Assembly: GCA_963666205.1 (NCBI GenBank) | Contig: OY762654.1 | Location: 736,001 to 800,000 of the forward strand | DNA length: 64,000 nucleotides | Direction of reading: 5' to 3' | From: Synergistales bacterium | GTDB lineage: Bacteria > Synergistota > Synergistia > Synergistales > JAFGMB01 | The notes under the pieces: model-generated | Databases searched by the model: none | Told to the model about the DNA's origin: nothing | Seen by the model: the letters and a program-made list of their open reading frames with translations, nothing else | Program-made: the position numbers and the translations under genes | Shown: positions 1 through 10,131 of the stretch, piece after piece | Position numbering within the stretch: the stretch's first letter is position 1 | Layout of the letters: each line of letters starts with the position of its first letter

Positions 1-720
1 ACTTGCCAATCTGACAGATCGTCCAAAGGCCTCTACTGTGACTACAGGCCCCCTGCCATGAATTTTAGTATCTGGATCAAATATCCGCAGGCAGTCGATA
101 AAGTTTCTACGGTCCCTCCAGGTCTGAAATCCTACAAGCATGTATTCCATAAGGTCTTTTACCAGTTCCTGTCTCCATGGAAGCTTCAGGAGAATATCCC
201 TTGGCGGAAACGTTATGTGCAGGAAAAAGAAACATTTACGATCCTCTTTGTTTTCCCTCAAACAACGGGCCAGAGGTATAAGATGGTAATCATTGACCCA
301 TAAAAAGTCATTACTGTTACTATGCTTAGTCACTACTTCGGCAAAGATATGGTTTACAACGTTATAAGCTTTCCAGTAGGGTGGATAAAAATAACAGATA
401 TTCTGGAGATCATGAAAAAGAGGCCATATTATTTCATTGGAAAAACCATGGTAATAGTTATCCACTTCTTCCCTGTTCAAAAGGATGGGTATCAGACGAT
501 ATCCCATTTCCTTTGAAGCAGGCCCCATAAGGGTCTTCAAGACCTTCAGGTCAAGATCTTCCCTGGCTGTACCCGTCCATCCTATCCAGAAACCGCCTCT
601 GTCTTTTATTACTGGACTTAAAGCAGTTACAAGACCACCGGAACTCTGCCTGGTTTTCCATTCTCCCTCTTCTTTGAATAAAGAAACCGGGAGGCGGTTA
701 GATATCACTATAAGCCGCAT
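1..720 (-). CDS. otsA: Trehalose-6-phosphate synthase (GT20), 5' part; runs off the window edge
   Basis: Not in the ORF track. Manual translation from ATG 720 gives MRLIVISNRLPV...SGGLVTAL...WIGWTG...YYHGFSNEIIWPLFHD...WVNDYHL...GFFLH; SD-like GAAGGAAGGA upstream. Confidence 0.92.
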   Translation of the reverse strand, partial: MRLIVISNRLPVSLFKEEGEWKTRQSSGGLVTALSPVIKDRGGFWIGWTGTAREDLDLKVLKTLMGPASKEMGYRLIPILLNREEVDNYYHGFSNEIIWPLFHDLQNICYFYPPYWKAYNVVNHIFAEVVTKHSNSNDFLWVNDYHLIPLARCLRENKEDRKCFFFLHITFPPRDILLKLPWRQELVKDLMEYMLVGFQTWRDRRNFIDCLRIFDPDTKIHGRGPVVTVEAFGRSVRLAS

Positions 721-1411
721 TCCTTCCTTCAATTATTACACCTCTCTTGTTGGAGCAACCAAATATACTGTATTTTAAATTTCTGTCTCGGAATTTCCAT
801 TATTTCCCTTGAAAACAAAACGCCTTACAGAAAAGAGCTTTGTGATGTAAGTACTTCCAGGCAGATCCCCATGGACAGACTGGGAAAGGACAATCACCTT
901 TTTTGTATTCAGCGCTGTGGTTTTGTATTAATATGCTCCTTAGGATGGTCCACTGAACCTTGAACCGGTAAAATGGATAATTATCTGTAATCTTATTCCT
1001 TACGAATTCCTTCAATTTCGAGTTTGTATTTTGATATGACCTCTGCAAAAAACATCTACAGAGCTTATTCGATCCTGATAATGCTACTGATGATAACCAT
1101 CTATATAGTGATAAAAGTTTATCTCGTGATAATAGGGGAATTACTTATTATCTTTCATTAAAGTGGGACTGATATAGGAGTTATTGTTGTGTAGAGATAA
1201 TATATTAAACAGACCTTATAATAAGAATAGCAGAAAAACATTGTTTTATAAAGGAACATAAAGAAACATGACTACGCAATGTGCATTTGAGATGGTATAT
1301 TTTTATTTGAAATAGAAAGAATGAATTGCTGGCATATAAAGTGTTATGGATTGAAATAATGATATCCAGGACTGCAATGATATTACAGAGGTCAGGGAAA
1401 GGAGATGCTTT

Positions 1412-2404
1412 TTGAAATACATAGAAAATCTTTCAAAAGATCCATACTTAAATCTGGCCATGGAGGAATATCTTTTTAATAATCTGAAATCCGGAGATGA
1501 TGGATATTTCCTTCTTTGGCAAAATGAACCTACAATCGTGGTTGGGAGGTTTCAGAATACCCTTGAGGAGATCAATGGAGATTTTGTAAGGTCCAGAAAG
1601 GTAAATGTGGTCAGGCGCATTTCAGGAGGCGGAGCTGTATATCATGATCAAGGTAACCTTAACTATACATTTATAGTACATTCCAAGACAGATAATCCAT
1701 TTGACTTTGCTTTCTATACAAGACCCATTGTTGAAATTCTAAATCGACTTGGCGTCAATGCAGCATTCACAAGCCGTAATGATCTCACCATTGATGGAAA
1801 GAAATTCTCCGGAAATGCCCAGTATATGAAAAAAGGAAGACTTCTGCACCACGGAACGCTTCTTTTTAATTCCGATCTGGATGTCCTGACCCAGGCTCTT
1901 AATGTATCGGAGGATAAGTTCCTTTCGAAGGGAATTAAATCAATTCGAAGCAGGGTAACCAACATACTCCCCCATCTTTCTGACGATATGGATATTTCGT
2001 CTTTCAAAAAAGTGATACTGGAAAATATTACCCATGACAATCAGGATATTGTCGAGACTACCCTGCCTGTAGAGGTTATTAAAAACATCGAAGATCTTGC
2101 TGAAAATAAATACAGGACCTGGGATTGGAATTATGGCAAATCCCCTGAATTTACGGAAAGAAAGATCCAACGCTTTGACAGCGGCAAAATCGAGGCTCTC
2201 ATAAAAGTTGAAAAGGGAATAATCCTTAGCTGTAAATTTTATGGAGATTTTTTCGGGAATGGAGATCTGGGAGATATTGAAACCCTGATTACTGGAAAAC
2301 CCTATAATAAAGACGACATGGCAAAGGCGCTGGAACACGTTCATCTGGGGCATTATTTCAGGGGAGTAGAGAAGCCTGATTTTATTGAATTTATGGCACC
2401 GTAG
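1412..2404 (+). CDS. lplA: Lipoate-protein ligase A
   Basis: PYLNLAMEEY, VRRISGGGAVYHD, RNDL..GKKFSGNAQ, HHGTLL motifs; adjacent to lipoyl-dependent E2/E3; TTG start. Confidence 0.95.
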   Translation: MKYIENLSKDPYLNLAMEEYLFNNLKSGDDGYFLLWQNEPTIVVGRFQNTLEEINGDFVRSRKVNVVRRISGGGAVYHDQGNLNYTFIVHSKTDNPFDFAFYTRPIVEILNRLGVNAAFTSRNDLTIDGKKFSGNAQYMKKGRLLHHGTLLFNSDLDVLTQALNVSEDKFLSKGIKSIRSRVTNILPHLSDDMDISSFKKVILENITHDNQDIVETTLPVEVIKNIEDLAENKYRTWDWNYGKSPEFTERKIQRFDSGKIEALIKVEKGIILSCKFYGDFFGNGDLGDIETLITGKPYNKDDMAKALEHVHLGHYFRGVEKPDFIEFMAP

Positions 2405-2443
2405 ATAACACAAGGGGCCCTCTGAAGCGACCCCTTGTGTTAT
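2405..2443. terminator. Hairpin between convergent lplA and lpdA
   Basis: ATAACACAAGGGG...CCCCTTGTGTTAT inverted repeat. Confidence 0.7.
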
Positions 2444-2470
2444 ATGGCTTATGGTAAAAAAGCATATGAA

Positions 2471-4234
2471 CTATTTTCGGGGAGGAATATGGATGGCTCC
2501 GCCATTGACATCAAGGGCTGCTTCGCCAAGAGCCTCCCCTACTGTGGGATGAGCATGAATGGTAGATACTATCTCCTCCACGGTAGCTTCCAGTCGAAGA
2601 GCCAGTGCTCCCTCAACAATAAGATCTGTCGCCCTTGGACCGACAATATGAACACCAAGTATTTCATCATATTTCCCGTCTACAACGAACTTGATCATAC
2701 CCTCTGTTTCATTCATGATGAGGCTTTTCCCGTTCGCAACAAGGGGGAACTTCCCTATTTTGACATCATAGCCTTTCTCCCTTGCTTCTTTTTCAGTCAG
2801 ACCGACACCGGCAATTTCAGGAGATGTGTAGATACACCCTGGATTGGTCTTGTAGTCCATTTTTGTTTTATGACCCATGATATTTTCTGCTGCAACTTCT
2901 CCTTCATGAGAAGCCACATGGGCAAGCATAACAGGGCTGGAACAGTCTCCTATGGAATAAATGCCTGGTTTGTTCGTACAGAGATATTCATCTACCACGA
3001 TTCGGCCACGATTCATTCTGATACCGATATTATCAAGGCCAAGTCCATCGGTCACCGGCCTTCTGCCAATTGCAACCAGTGCCTTGTCTGAAGTTATGCT
3101 GATATCTCCATCAGAAGTACTTACTGAAACAAGCACTGATTCACCATTTTTACTGAATCCTGTTACTTTTGATCCGGTATGGAATTTCACACCCTTACGG
3201 GAAAGGGAAGCTTTAATTACCTTGATTATATCTTCATCAATATTGGGTAATATCTCGGGAAGCATCTCTACTATGGTCACTCTTGTTCCCAGACTGGCAA
3301 AGATGGAAGCAAATTCCACACCGATCACTCCACCACCGATTATGGTCATGGAAGATGGTACTTCCTCAAGGGAGAGGGCCTCATTGCTGGAGATAACACC
3401 CTCGTTTTCTATACCAGGGATTGGAGGCATGGATGGTTCGGATCCAGTAGCTATGATGAAATTATCGGCAACAATGGTCTGTTCTCCTGCAACTGAGCTT
3501 ATGCGTATCTCATTTTCAGATATGAAGGATGCTTCTCCTTCAATTATCTTCACATTGTTTTTAGTAAGAAGGGTTTTTACACCTCCAACAAGCTGACCGA
3601 CTATGCTGTCTTTTCTTTTCATTAGAGAGGTCCAGTCTACTCTGACATTATCTGCCAACAGTCCGATCATGGATCCCTCTTTTACTGCATTGTACAACTC
3701 TACTGTATGGAGAAGTACCTTGGTGGGAATGCATCCCACGTTAAGACATGTACCGCCAAGATATTTTCTGTCTACAATGGTAACATCAGCGCCAAGGCGG
3801 GAAGCCCGGATTGCAGCAACATAACCGCCAGGTCCCGCTCCTATAACAACAATCTTCTTCCTGTCAGTGATTTCTTTAAGGGGCTTTTTTTCAACTTCTT
3901 CAGAAAGAGAGGATTCCTCATCAGCCGTTTTCTGCTGAGGCGCCTGGACCTGATCCTGTACCGGTTCCTCAGGTATTTCATCTCCCAGAACCTCTCCAGG
4001 CTCGGAAATGACAGCAAGGGATTCTGCCACTGCTGCTGAACCGCCTTCAGCTACCACTATCCTTGCTAATATTCCGCTTTCCGGAGCTTCTACCTCGTAG
4101 GACAGTTTATCTGTTGCTACTACTAATAGGATCTCGCCTTTTTCAACGGAATCCCCTTCATTCTTTCTCCACTCTGAAATAGTGCCCTCAGTCATTGTGA
4201 GACCTAATTTGGGCATGGTTATAGTTGTTGCCAT
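2471..4234 (-). CDS. lpdA: Dihydrolipoamide dehydrogenase (E3) with N-terminal lipoyl domain
   Basis: GAGPGGY, GGTCLNVGCIP redox disulfide, HAHPTVGE; N-terminal MPKLGLTMTEG...ATDKL lipoyl domain; AGGAGG before ATG 4234. Confidence 0.95.
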   Translation of the reverse strand: MATTITMPKLGLTMTEGTISEWRKNEGDSVEKGEILLVVATDKLSYEVEAPESGILARIVVAEGGSAAVAESLAVISEPGEVLGDEIPEEPVQDQVQAPQQKTADEESSLSEEVEKKPLKEITDRKKIVVIGAGPGGYVAAIRASRLGADVTIVDRKYLGGTCLNVGCIPTKVLLHTVELYNAVKEGSMIGLLADNVRVDWTSLMKRKDSIVGQLVGGVKTLLTKNNVKIIEGEASFISENEIRISSVAGEQTIVADNFIIATGSEPSMPPIPGIENEGVISSNEALSLEEVPSSMTIIGGGVIGVEFASIFASLGTRVTIVEMLPEILPNIDEDIIKVIKASLSRKGVKFHTGSKVTGFSKNGESVLVSVSTSDGDISITSDKALVAIGRRPVTDGLGLDNIGIRMNRGRIVVDEYLCTNKPGIYSIGDCSSPVMLAHVASHEGEVAAENIMGHKTKMDYKTNPGCIYTSPEIAGVGLTEKEAREKGYDVKIGKFPLVANGKSLIMNETEGMIKFVVDGKYDEILGVHIVGPRATDLIVEGALALRLEATVEEIVSTIHAHPTVGEALGEAALDVNGGAIHIPPRK

Positions 4235-4293
4235 TTTATAAATGATCCTCCTTGATAAAATTGGAAGCAAATCGTTTCCGGATTAGAATAAGA

Positions 4294-4342
4294 CCTTCCC
4301 TGGTAAGGAATCTCCGGTATATCCGGCCTTGACCAGGGAAGG
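4294..4342 (-). terminator. Intercistronic stem-loop between E2 and E3 genes
   Basis: CCTTCCCTGGTAAGG...CCTTGACCAGGGAAGG imperfect inverted repeat. Confidence 0.55.
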
Positions 4343-4347
4343 GATAT

Positions 4348-5847
4348 CTAGACCATCAGCAGGTAGGGATTCTCGATAAGTTCCTTGATCCTGGCAAGGA
4401 ACTTTGCTGCATCTGCACCATCAAGAATACGATGATCAGCGGTAAGACCGATCATTGAAATGGGCCGGATCTCGACAGCACCATTAACAGCTACAGGTTT
4501 TTCGACAATAGCATTTACTGCCAGGATACAGGCCTCGGGAGGGTTGATAATGGGCGTAAAATCATGCATTCCGAACATTCCGAGGTTAGAGATAGTGAAG
4601 GTGCCACCCTGCATGTCATCCATGCCCAATTTGTTATTCCTTGCTTTATCAACAAGAGCATCGGTTACAGAAGCTATCTCGTAAATGCTTTTGGACTGCA
4701 CACTTTTAACATTGGGTACAAGGAGACCACCCGGAACGGCTACAGCAAGTCCTATATTCACTTCATCATGCAGAATATACTCCTGGGTCCCTTGATCATA
4801 ACTGGCATTTGCCATGGGATTCTCCATAAGGGCTTTTGCACAGACCTTCATCAGCATATCGTTAAAAGAAACCTTGGCGCCTCTGTCCGAGACTTCTTTT
4901 TTGATCTTGCTCCGGAAGGATATGAACTCGGAAAAATCCACTTCAATGTTAAAGACAACCGAGGGAATAGTAGAGGCACTGTGAGTCATGCGCTCCGCAA
5001 TGATCTTTCGCATTGGAGAAAGAGGAACCCTCTTTTCTCCTGATATCGAAAGAACTGGTGATTTTCCTGGTTGAATTTCACTGCATGATTTTTCAGCAGT
5101 AGTTCCAATACCAGCAGCCTGCATTACATCTTCTTTCATGACCCTTCCATCCTTACCTATGGCCGCAATATCAATACCAAGGTCTTCAGCCATTCTGGAG
5201 GCAACGGGAGATGTCTTTGTGATACGGCCCTTCTGTGCTTCTATGTAAAGCAGAACATCCTGGTTAACTGTTCTCCCATCAGGTCCGGTACCTGGAATAT
5301 CCGTTATATCAAGCCCGCCATCCCTGGCTGTTCTCTTCGCAAGAGGAGATGCCTTGAACTTTTGTGCGGCCTTCATAACATCGTCTTTCACTACCCTGCC
5401 TTCAGGACCGGTACCATAGATAAGGGAGAGATCAAGATTGAATATACGTGCCCATTTCCTGGCAAGCGGCGAAGCCTTAACCGGTCCGGATGAAAGGGGT
5501 TTTTCTGTTACTGCTGTCATTTCTGCAACTGGTACCGGTTCTTCGGCCACTTCACCGGGCTGCTCAGTTCCTGACACTTCTTCGGCATGAGAAACCTCGA
5601 CATTTTCACCAGGCTCACCTATTGCCGCAATGTTCTCCCCAACTGGGGCAGATTCACCTTCTGAGATAAAAATGTCAAGTAGTACGCCATCTTCAGGAGC
5701 TTCAACCTCATAAGTTAATTTATCAGTTGCCACAACCAGGATGATCTCGCCTTTCTTTACCTCATCCCCCTTCCTCTTGGACCAGGATGAGATTGTGCCT
5801 TCGGTCATGGTCAAACCCAGTTTGGGCATAGTTACAAGTGTAGCCAT
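4348..5847 (-). CDS. Dihydrolipoamide acyltransferase (E2), one lipoyl domain and three subunit-binding repeats
   Basis: Lipoyl ATDKL; three [AT]SP..A...D...G..GR...DV repeats; GGTFTISNLG and DHRILDG catalytic motifs. Confidence 0.93.
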   Translation of the reverse strand: MATLVTMPKLGLTMTEGTISSWSKRKGDEVKKGEIILVVATDKLTYEVEAPEDGVLLDIFISEGESAPVGENIAAIGEPGENVEVSHAEEVSGTEQPGEVAEEPVPVAEMTAVTEKPLSSGPVKASPLARKWARIFNLDLSLIYGTGPEGRVVKDDVMKAAQKFKASPLAKRTARDGGLDITDIPGTGPDGRTVNQDVLLYIEAQKGRITKTSPVASRMAEDLGIDIAAIGKDGRVMKEDVMQAAGIGTTAEKSCSEIQPGKSPVLSISGEKRVPLSPMRKIIAERMTHSASTIPSVVFNIEVDFSEFISFRSKIKKEVSDRGAKVSFNDMLMKVCAKALMENPMANASYDQGTQEYILHDEVNIGLAVAVPGGLLVPNVKSVQSKSIYEIASVTDALVDKARNNKLGMDDMQGGTFTISNLGMFGMHDFTPIINPPEACILAVNAIVEKPVAVNGAVEIRPISMIGLTADHRILDGADAAKFLARIKELIENPYLLMV

Positions 5848-6001
5848 GCTTAGTCCTCCTTATAACGTTTCTTCAGTTAATGCATATTACATATTCCTGT
5901 TACTTCCGGCAGAATACATCCATATATACAAAGTCCTGCCACATCTATTTTGGGACTACTTCTCTGAACACACAATTCATGAAGGCTCCGGGATATTGAC
6001 A

Positions 6002-7054
6002 CTAACCTTCGACCCATGGATCAAGTATAACTTTGCATGCCTTACCCTCTTTTAACAACTCAAATCCCTTCTCAAACTGCTCAAGGGGGAGGACATGGGT
6101 CACGATCGGTTTAAGGTTAAGAAGGTTTCCGGCCATAAGATTTTCCATTACAGTCCAGGTTTCAAACATCTTTCTGCCATGAATACCGATTATCTTGGCT
6201 TCCTTGAAAATAACATCGGAAACAAGATCGATCTCAAAGGTTTTCGACGGAAGACCGATCAGGGCGACTCTTCCTCCCTTTCGGAGGAATTTAAAAGCAT
6301 CAGCGATAGCCTTGACGTTACCGGAAGCATCTATGAAAGCATCCACCCCTACTCCCCCTGTTATTTCCATAACAGAGGACACCACATCGCAATTCATGGG
6401 ATTGAGCAGATTACTGGCACCCAGTTCCTTTGCAATAGCAAGTCTGTCCTCGGAAACATCGGTAACGATGATCCTGCAGGCTCCCATGGCTTTAAGAGCG
6501 GTAACCACACCGAGTCCGATAGGGCCGCAGCCTATGACGGCAACATTGGAACCGGAACAGACCACTTCCTGGGCCGCTCGTACACTTGTGCCCAGAGGTT
6601 CCATCATTGCCCCGAACTCCCAGGGGATCTCATCCGGGATCTTTCTGGCGCATATTTCGGTGAGTAAAGCATATTGTGCAAAGCAACCATTACAATGAAC
6701 ACCAAAAAGATTCATGTTTGCACAGATATGCTGTTGTCCGTTCATGCACTGGTAGCACTTGCCACACGGGCCATGGGTTTCCCCAGAGACCCTGTCTCCG
6801 ATCGAAAGATTTTTTACGGCAGATCCTGTTTTGGCAACCTCGCCACTGAATTCATGCCCCATTATCTGGGGAACCGATCTTACTGCTTTCCTGGCCCATT
6901 CATTCCACGCGTAAATATGCACATCGGTCCCACAAATAGCTGTAGCCTTTACCTTGACCAGGACTTCCCCGGGACCCGGTTCCGGGATATCCACACTTTG
7001 AAAAACTGCCCCCGGTTCTGCAGCCGCCTTGACGACCGCTTTCATCTTACTCAT
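6002..7054 (-). CDS. tdh: L-threonine 3-dehydrogenase-like Zn-dependent dehydrogenase
   Basis: AICGTDVHIY.WNEW, GHEFSG, CGKCYQC..C structural Zn, GIHGRKMFETW. Confidence 0.8.
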   Translation of the reverse strand: MSKMKAVVKAAAEPGAVFQSVDIPEPGPGEVLVKVKATAICGTDVHIYAWNEWARKAVRSVPQIMGHEFSGEVAKTGSAVKNLSIGDRVSGETHGPCGKCYQCMNGQQHICANMNLFGVHCNGCFAQYALLTEICARKIPDEIPWEFGAMMEPLGTSVRAAQEVVCSGSNVAVIGCGPIGLGVVTALKAMGACRIIVTDVSEDRLAIAKELGASNLLNPMNCDVVSSVMEITGGVGVDAFIDASGNVKAIADAFKFLRKGGRVALIGLPSKTFEIDLVSDVIFKEAKIIGIHGRKMFETWTVMENLMAGNLLNLKPIVTHVLPLEQFEKGFELLKEGKACKVILDPWVEG

Positions 7055-7072
7055 GAAACAATACCCCTTTCA

Positions 7073-7831
7073 TCAGTTATCGCGCATTATTCCACCGTCA
7101 ACATCAGTGATCTCACCGGTTACATGGCTGGCCAGATCTGATGCCAGGAAAACCACCATGTTCGCAATATCCTGTGGTTGGCCGAACTTGCCCAGGGGAA
7201 CACCACTCAGGATACGTTTCCTGTTCTCATCATCAAGACCGGAAAGCATAGAGGTTTCTATAGGACCAGGGCAAATTGCATTAACATTGATACCGTATTT
7301 GCCGGCTTCTCTGGCTATTCCCTTGGTAAGAGCAATTACACCAGCTTTTGATGTTCCATAAAGAGTATTTCCGAAGAATCCTCCGCCTTTTTTGCCTGCT
7401 ATTGAAGCGATATTTACTATCTTTCCATATCTCTGCTCTATCATTATCGGCAAAACGGCATAACAGGTACTGTATACACCCTTTAGATTTACTGCCATGA
7501 TCAGATCCCATTCTTTCTCTGATGTTTCCAGAAAAGGATTGGGAGAAACTATTCCGGCATTGTTGACAAGGATATCTATACGACCTAGTTTACTCTGGAT
7601 ATCTTCCACAATATTTTTGACCTGTCCCATGTCGGTAACATCCGCTTTATATACGAAGGCCTCTCCGCCTTTTTCAAGGATAGCATCCTTTGTGGAATTG
7701 GCTCCCTCTTCGTTCATATCCAGTATAACCACCCTGGCTCCACATTCCGCAAGGGAAATCGCAATAGCCTGTCCTATCCCTCTTGCTGCCCCGGTAATTA
7801 CTGCAACTTTATCGGAGAAATTAAATTCCAT
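7073..7831 (-). CDS. SDR family oxidoreductase (FabG-like)
   Basis: TGAARGIG, NNAG, YGTSK catalytic motif; GGAGG 7 nt before ATG 7831. Confidence 0.9.
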   Translation of the reverse strand: MEFNFSDKVAVITGAARGIGQAIAISLAECGARVVILDMNEEGANSTKDAILEKGGEAFVYKADVTDMGQVKNIVEDIQSKLGRIDILVNNAGIVSPNPFLETSEKEWDLIMAVNLKGVYSTCYAVLPIMIEQRYGKIVNIASIAGKKGGGFFGNTLYGTSKAGVIALTKGIAREAGKYGINVNAICPGPIETSMLSGLDDENRKRILSGVPLGKFGQPQDIANMVVFLASDLASHVTGEITDVDGGIMRDN

Positions 7832-7875
7832 AGTCAAACCTCCAGGTAAAATGTCTTATTAAGAAGCTTTGAAGG

Positions 7876-8640
7876 TCAATCGCGCATTATCCCGCCATCA
7901 ACATCAAAGATCTCACCAGTAACATGACTGGCCATATCCGACGAAAGGAACATGGCCACATCGCCTATCTCCCTGGGCTCACCAAATCTGGCAAGGGGAG
8001 TACCTGCAATGATGGCTTTCTTGTGCTCTTCAGGGATAGGATCGATCATGGTTGTCTTTATAACACCGGGACATATCGCATTGGCATTGATATTAGATGG
8101 ACCACCCTCCCGGGCCAGCCCCTTTGTGAGCCCTATTACTCCTGCTTTAGAGGCAGCATAGATAGCAGTTCCCCTGAATCCGCCACCGAGCTTTCCCGCA
8201 ATTGAGGCAATATTGACTATCTTTCCGCCTCCATTATTGATCATATGCGGGAATACGGCGTTACATGTATTAAAAGTACCTTTCAGATTTATTCCAACAA
8301 TAAAATCCCAGTCCTTCTCATTACATTCAGCAAAGGGCTTCCCGCTTGAAACCCCTGCATCATTTACCAGAACATCAATGCGCCCGAATTTACCAATGAT
8401 CTTTTCAATGCACAAGTTAACATCATGATATAAAGAAACATCAAGGGGGAGGAAGGAAACCTTCCGCCCCCTTGATGTAAGCTCATCGGTGGTCTGCAGG
8501 GCTGATGATTCGTCCAGATCAAGGATGACAACAGTTCCATTGGACTCGGCAAAGGCTTCGACAATACCTCTACCTATCCCTCGACTGCCTCCGGTAACAA
8601 CTATGACCTTTCCTGAAAAATCCATACCCAGTGCAACCAT
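7876..8640 (-). CDS. SDR family oxidoreductase, paralog of the neighbour
   Basis: TGGSRGIG, YAASK; shares IASIAGK.GGGF.G and ASHVTGEI.DVDGGIMRD with 7073..7831. Confidence 0.9.
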   Translation of the reverse strand: MVALGMDFSGKVIVVTGGSRGIGRGIVEAFAESNGTVVILDLDESSALQTTDELTSRGRKVSFLPLDVSLYHDVNLCIEKIIGKFGRIDVLVNDAGVSSGKPFAECNEKDWDFIVGINLKGTFNTCNAVFPHMINNGGGKIVNIASIAGKLGGGFRGTAIYAASKAGVIGLTKGLAREGGPSNINANAICPGVIKTTMIDPIPEEHKKAIIAGTPLARFGEPREIGDVAMFLSSDMASHVTGEIFDVDGGIMRD

Positions 8641-8641
8641 G

Positions 8642-9133
8642 TTATTCCGCCTTTCCGTAAATATTAAAAAGGGGAAATTCCGTTTCGTCATCGAAAGCCC
8701 TTGTGATGGTCACGTCATCAAAGGCCTGGATCATTATTTCCATTGTGCTCATAACAGGATTTCCGCCCTCTACAAAATGGGCCCCGTGGAATCCCTGGTC
8801 GGGATCGGAGAGAACACCGTGGAGGTGAACAACGGTCTCCCCATTATCCTCATAGACACCGATCATGCCGCTTCCGCAAATGAATTCCAGGGGTCCTTCA
8901 ACATCAACAGGATCACCATATTTCGCATTCATTTTCGTCCTGGGATCAGGCAGGGCCCACACAAAACGGGCTCTGGAAAGACTTCCATGCATTGCAGTAA
9001 TGCAACCTGCCGTAACTCCATGTTCCTTACATACCGCAACCAGTCCCGTTAAAAGGTCAGTTCCCGGGAGAAGTCTTACTGCGATCTGCCTGGCCTTTAC
9101 TTCTCTTGAGGAAAAACGTATATTTCCCATCAC
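8642..9133 (-). CDS. PPC/DUF296 domain protein
   Basis: VRLLPGTDL, GSL, GPLE, HLHG...GAH...TME pattern. Confidence 0.85.
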   Translation of the reverse strand: MMGNIRFSSREVKARQIAVRLLPGTDLLTGLVAVCKEHGVTAGCITAMHGSLSRARFVWALPDPRTKMNAKYGDPVDVEGPLEFICGSGMIGVYEDNGETVVHLHGVLSDPDQGFHGAHFVEGGNPVMSTMEIMIQAFDDVTITRAFDDETEFPLFNIYGKAE

Positions 9134-9145
9134 AAAAACCTGCTA

Positions 9146-10126
9146 TCAGAACATTCTTCTGATAGCATCAGCTATCTTCTGGGGAGTAACCCTGTATGCC
9201 GTCTCAAGGGGTTTGGCAAATGGTACCGGAGTGAAAGGAGCACCGACCCTGACTATAGGAGCATCCAGATAGTCTATTCCCTCTTCTGCCACTATTGCAG
9301 AAAGTTCTGCTCCCACTCCGCCCTGTTTGACAGCCTCATGGGCTATGGCAAATCTGCTTGTCTTGGCTACAGATTCAAGAATGGTATCCTTATCGATGGG
9401 AGAAATGGTCCTCAGATCGATACATTCCACGCTGATTCCTTCTTTCTCCAGCATCTGTGCTGCCTCAAGGGCATGATTAAAACACAGTGAATAAGAAACC
9501 AGTGTGACATCTGAACCTTCCCTGACAACCTTGGCTTTGCCGATGGGTGTAAAATATTCTTCTTCAGGAACAGGTCCTTTACGGCTGAAAAGACTCTTAT
9601 GTTCAAAATAAATAACAGGATTATCATCCCTGATAGCAGATTTCAGAAGACCTTTAGCATCTGCCGGATTGGAAGGGATAACGACTTTGAGACCGGGAAC
9701 ATGCATAAACCAGGATTCGAGACTCTGGGAATGCTGTGCAGCAGCCTGATTGATCAATCCATCAGGTGCACGGAGGACCATGGGTACGGTCTTCTGCCCA
9801 CCGAACATGTAATGGATCTTTGCCATCTGGTTGAAGATCTCATCCATGCAGACTCCTACGAAATCGGCAAAATGCATATCAGCAATGGGCCTCATCCCTG
9901 CAAGGGCTGCTCCAACACAAGCCCCGACAATAGCCGTTTCAGTAATAGGAGTATCTTTGACCCTGTCGGATCCAAATTTCGCAGGAAGACCTTTAAACTG
10001 CCCGAAAATACCTCCCTGTCTTGCTATATCTTCTCCCATGACAAAAACTGTTTCATCACGAGTCATTTCCTCATCCATTGCTTCGAGAGTGGCCTGGGAA
10101 AAAGTAATTTCTCTCATTTTATTCAC
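9146..10126 (-). CDS. acoB: TPP-dependent acetoin/pyruvate dehydrogenase E1 beta subunit
   Basis: MGEDI..GG, DTPITE, AAQHSQSLE, IDLRTISP. Confidence 0.85.
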   Translation of the reverse strand: MNKMREITFSQATLEAMDEEMTRDETVFVMGEDIARQGGIFGQFKGLPAKFGSDRVKDTPITETAIVGACVGAALAGMRPIADMHFADFVGVCMDEIFNQMAKIHYMFGGQKTVPMVLRAPDGLINQAAAQHSQSLESWFMHVPGLKVVIPSNPADAKGLLKSAIRDDNPVIYFEHKSLFSRKGPVPEEEYFTPIGKAKVVREGSDVTLVSYSLCFNHALEAAQMLEKEGISVECIDLRTISPIDKDTILESVAKTSRFAIAHEAVKQGGVGAELSAIVAEEGIDYLDAPIVRVGAPFTPVPFAKPLETAYRVTPQKIADAIRRMF

Positions 10127-10131
10127 CGTCC

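Noticed and set aside
58-778. Three short + strand ORFs
   Set aside because: Shadows of otsA on the minus strand.
780-1400. AT-rich 600-nt intergenic region with an 82-aa ORF
   Set aside because: No SD, motif, repeat or RNA structure I can support; likely a divergent promoter region or decayed DNA.
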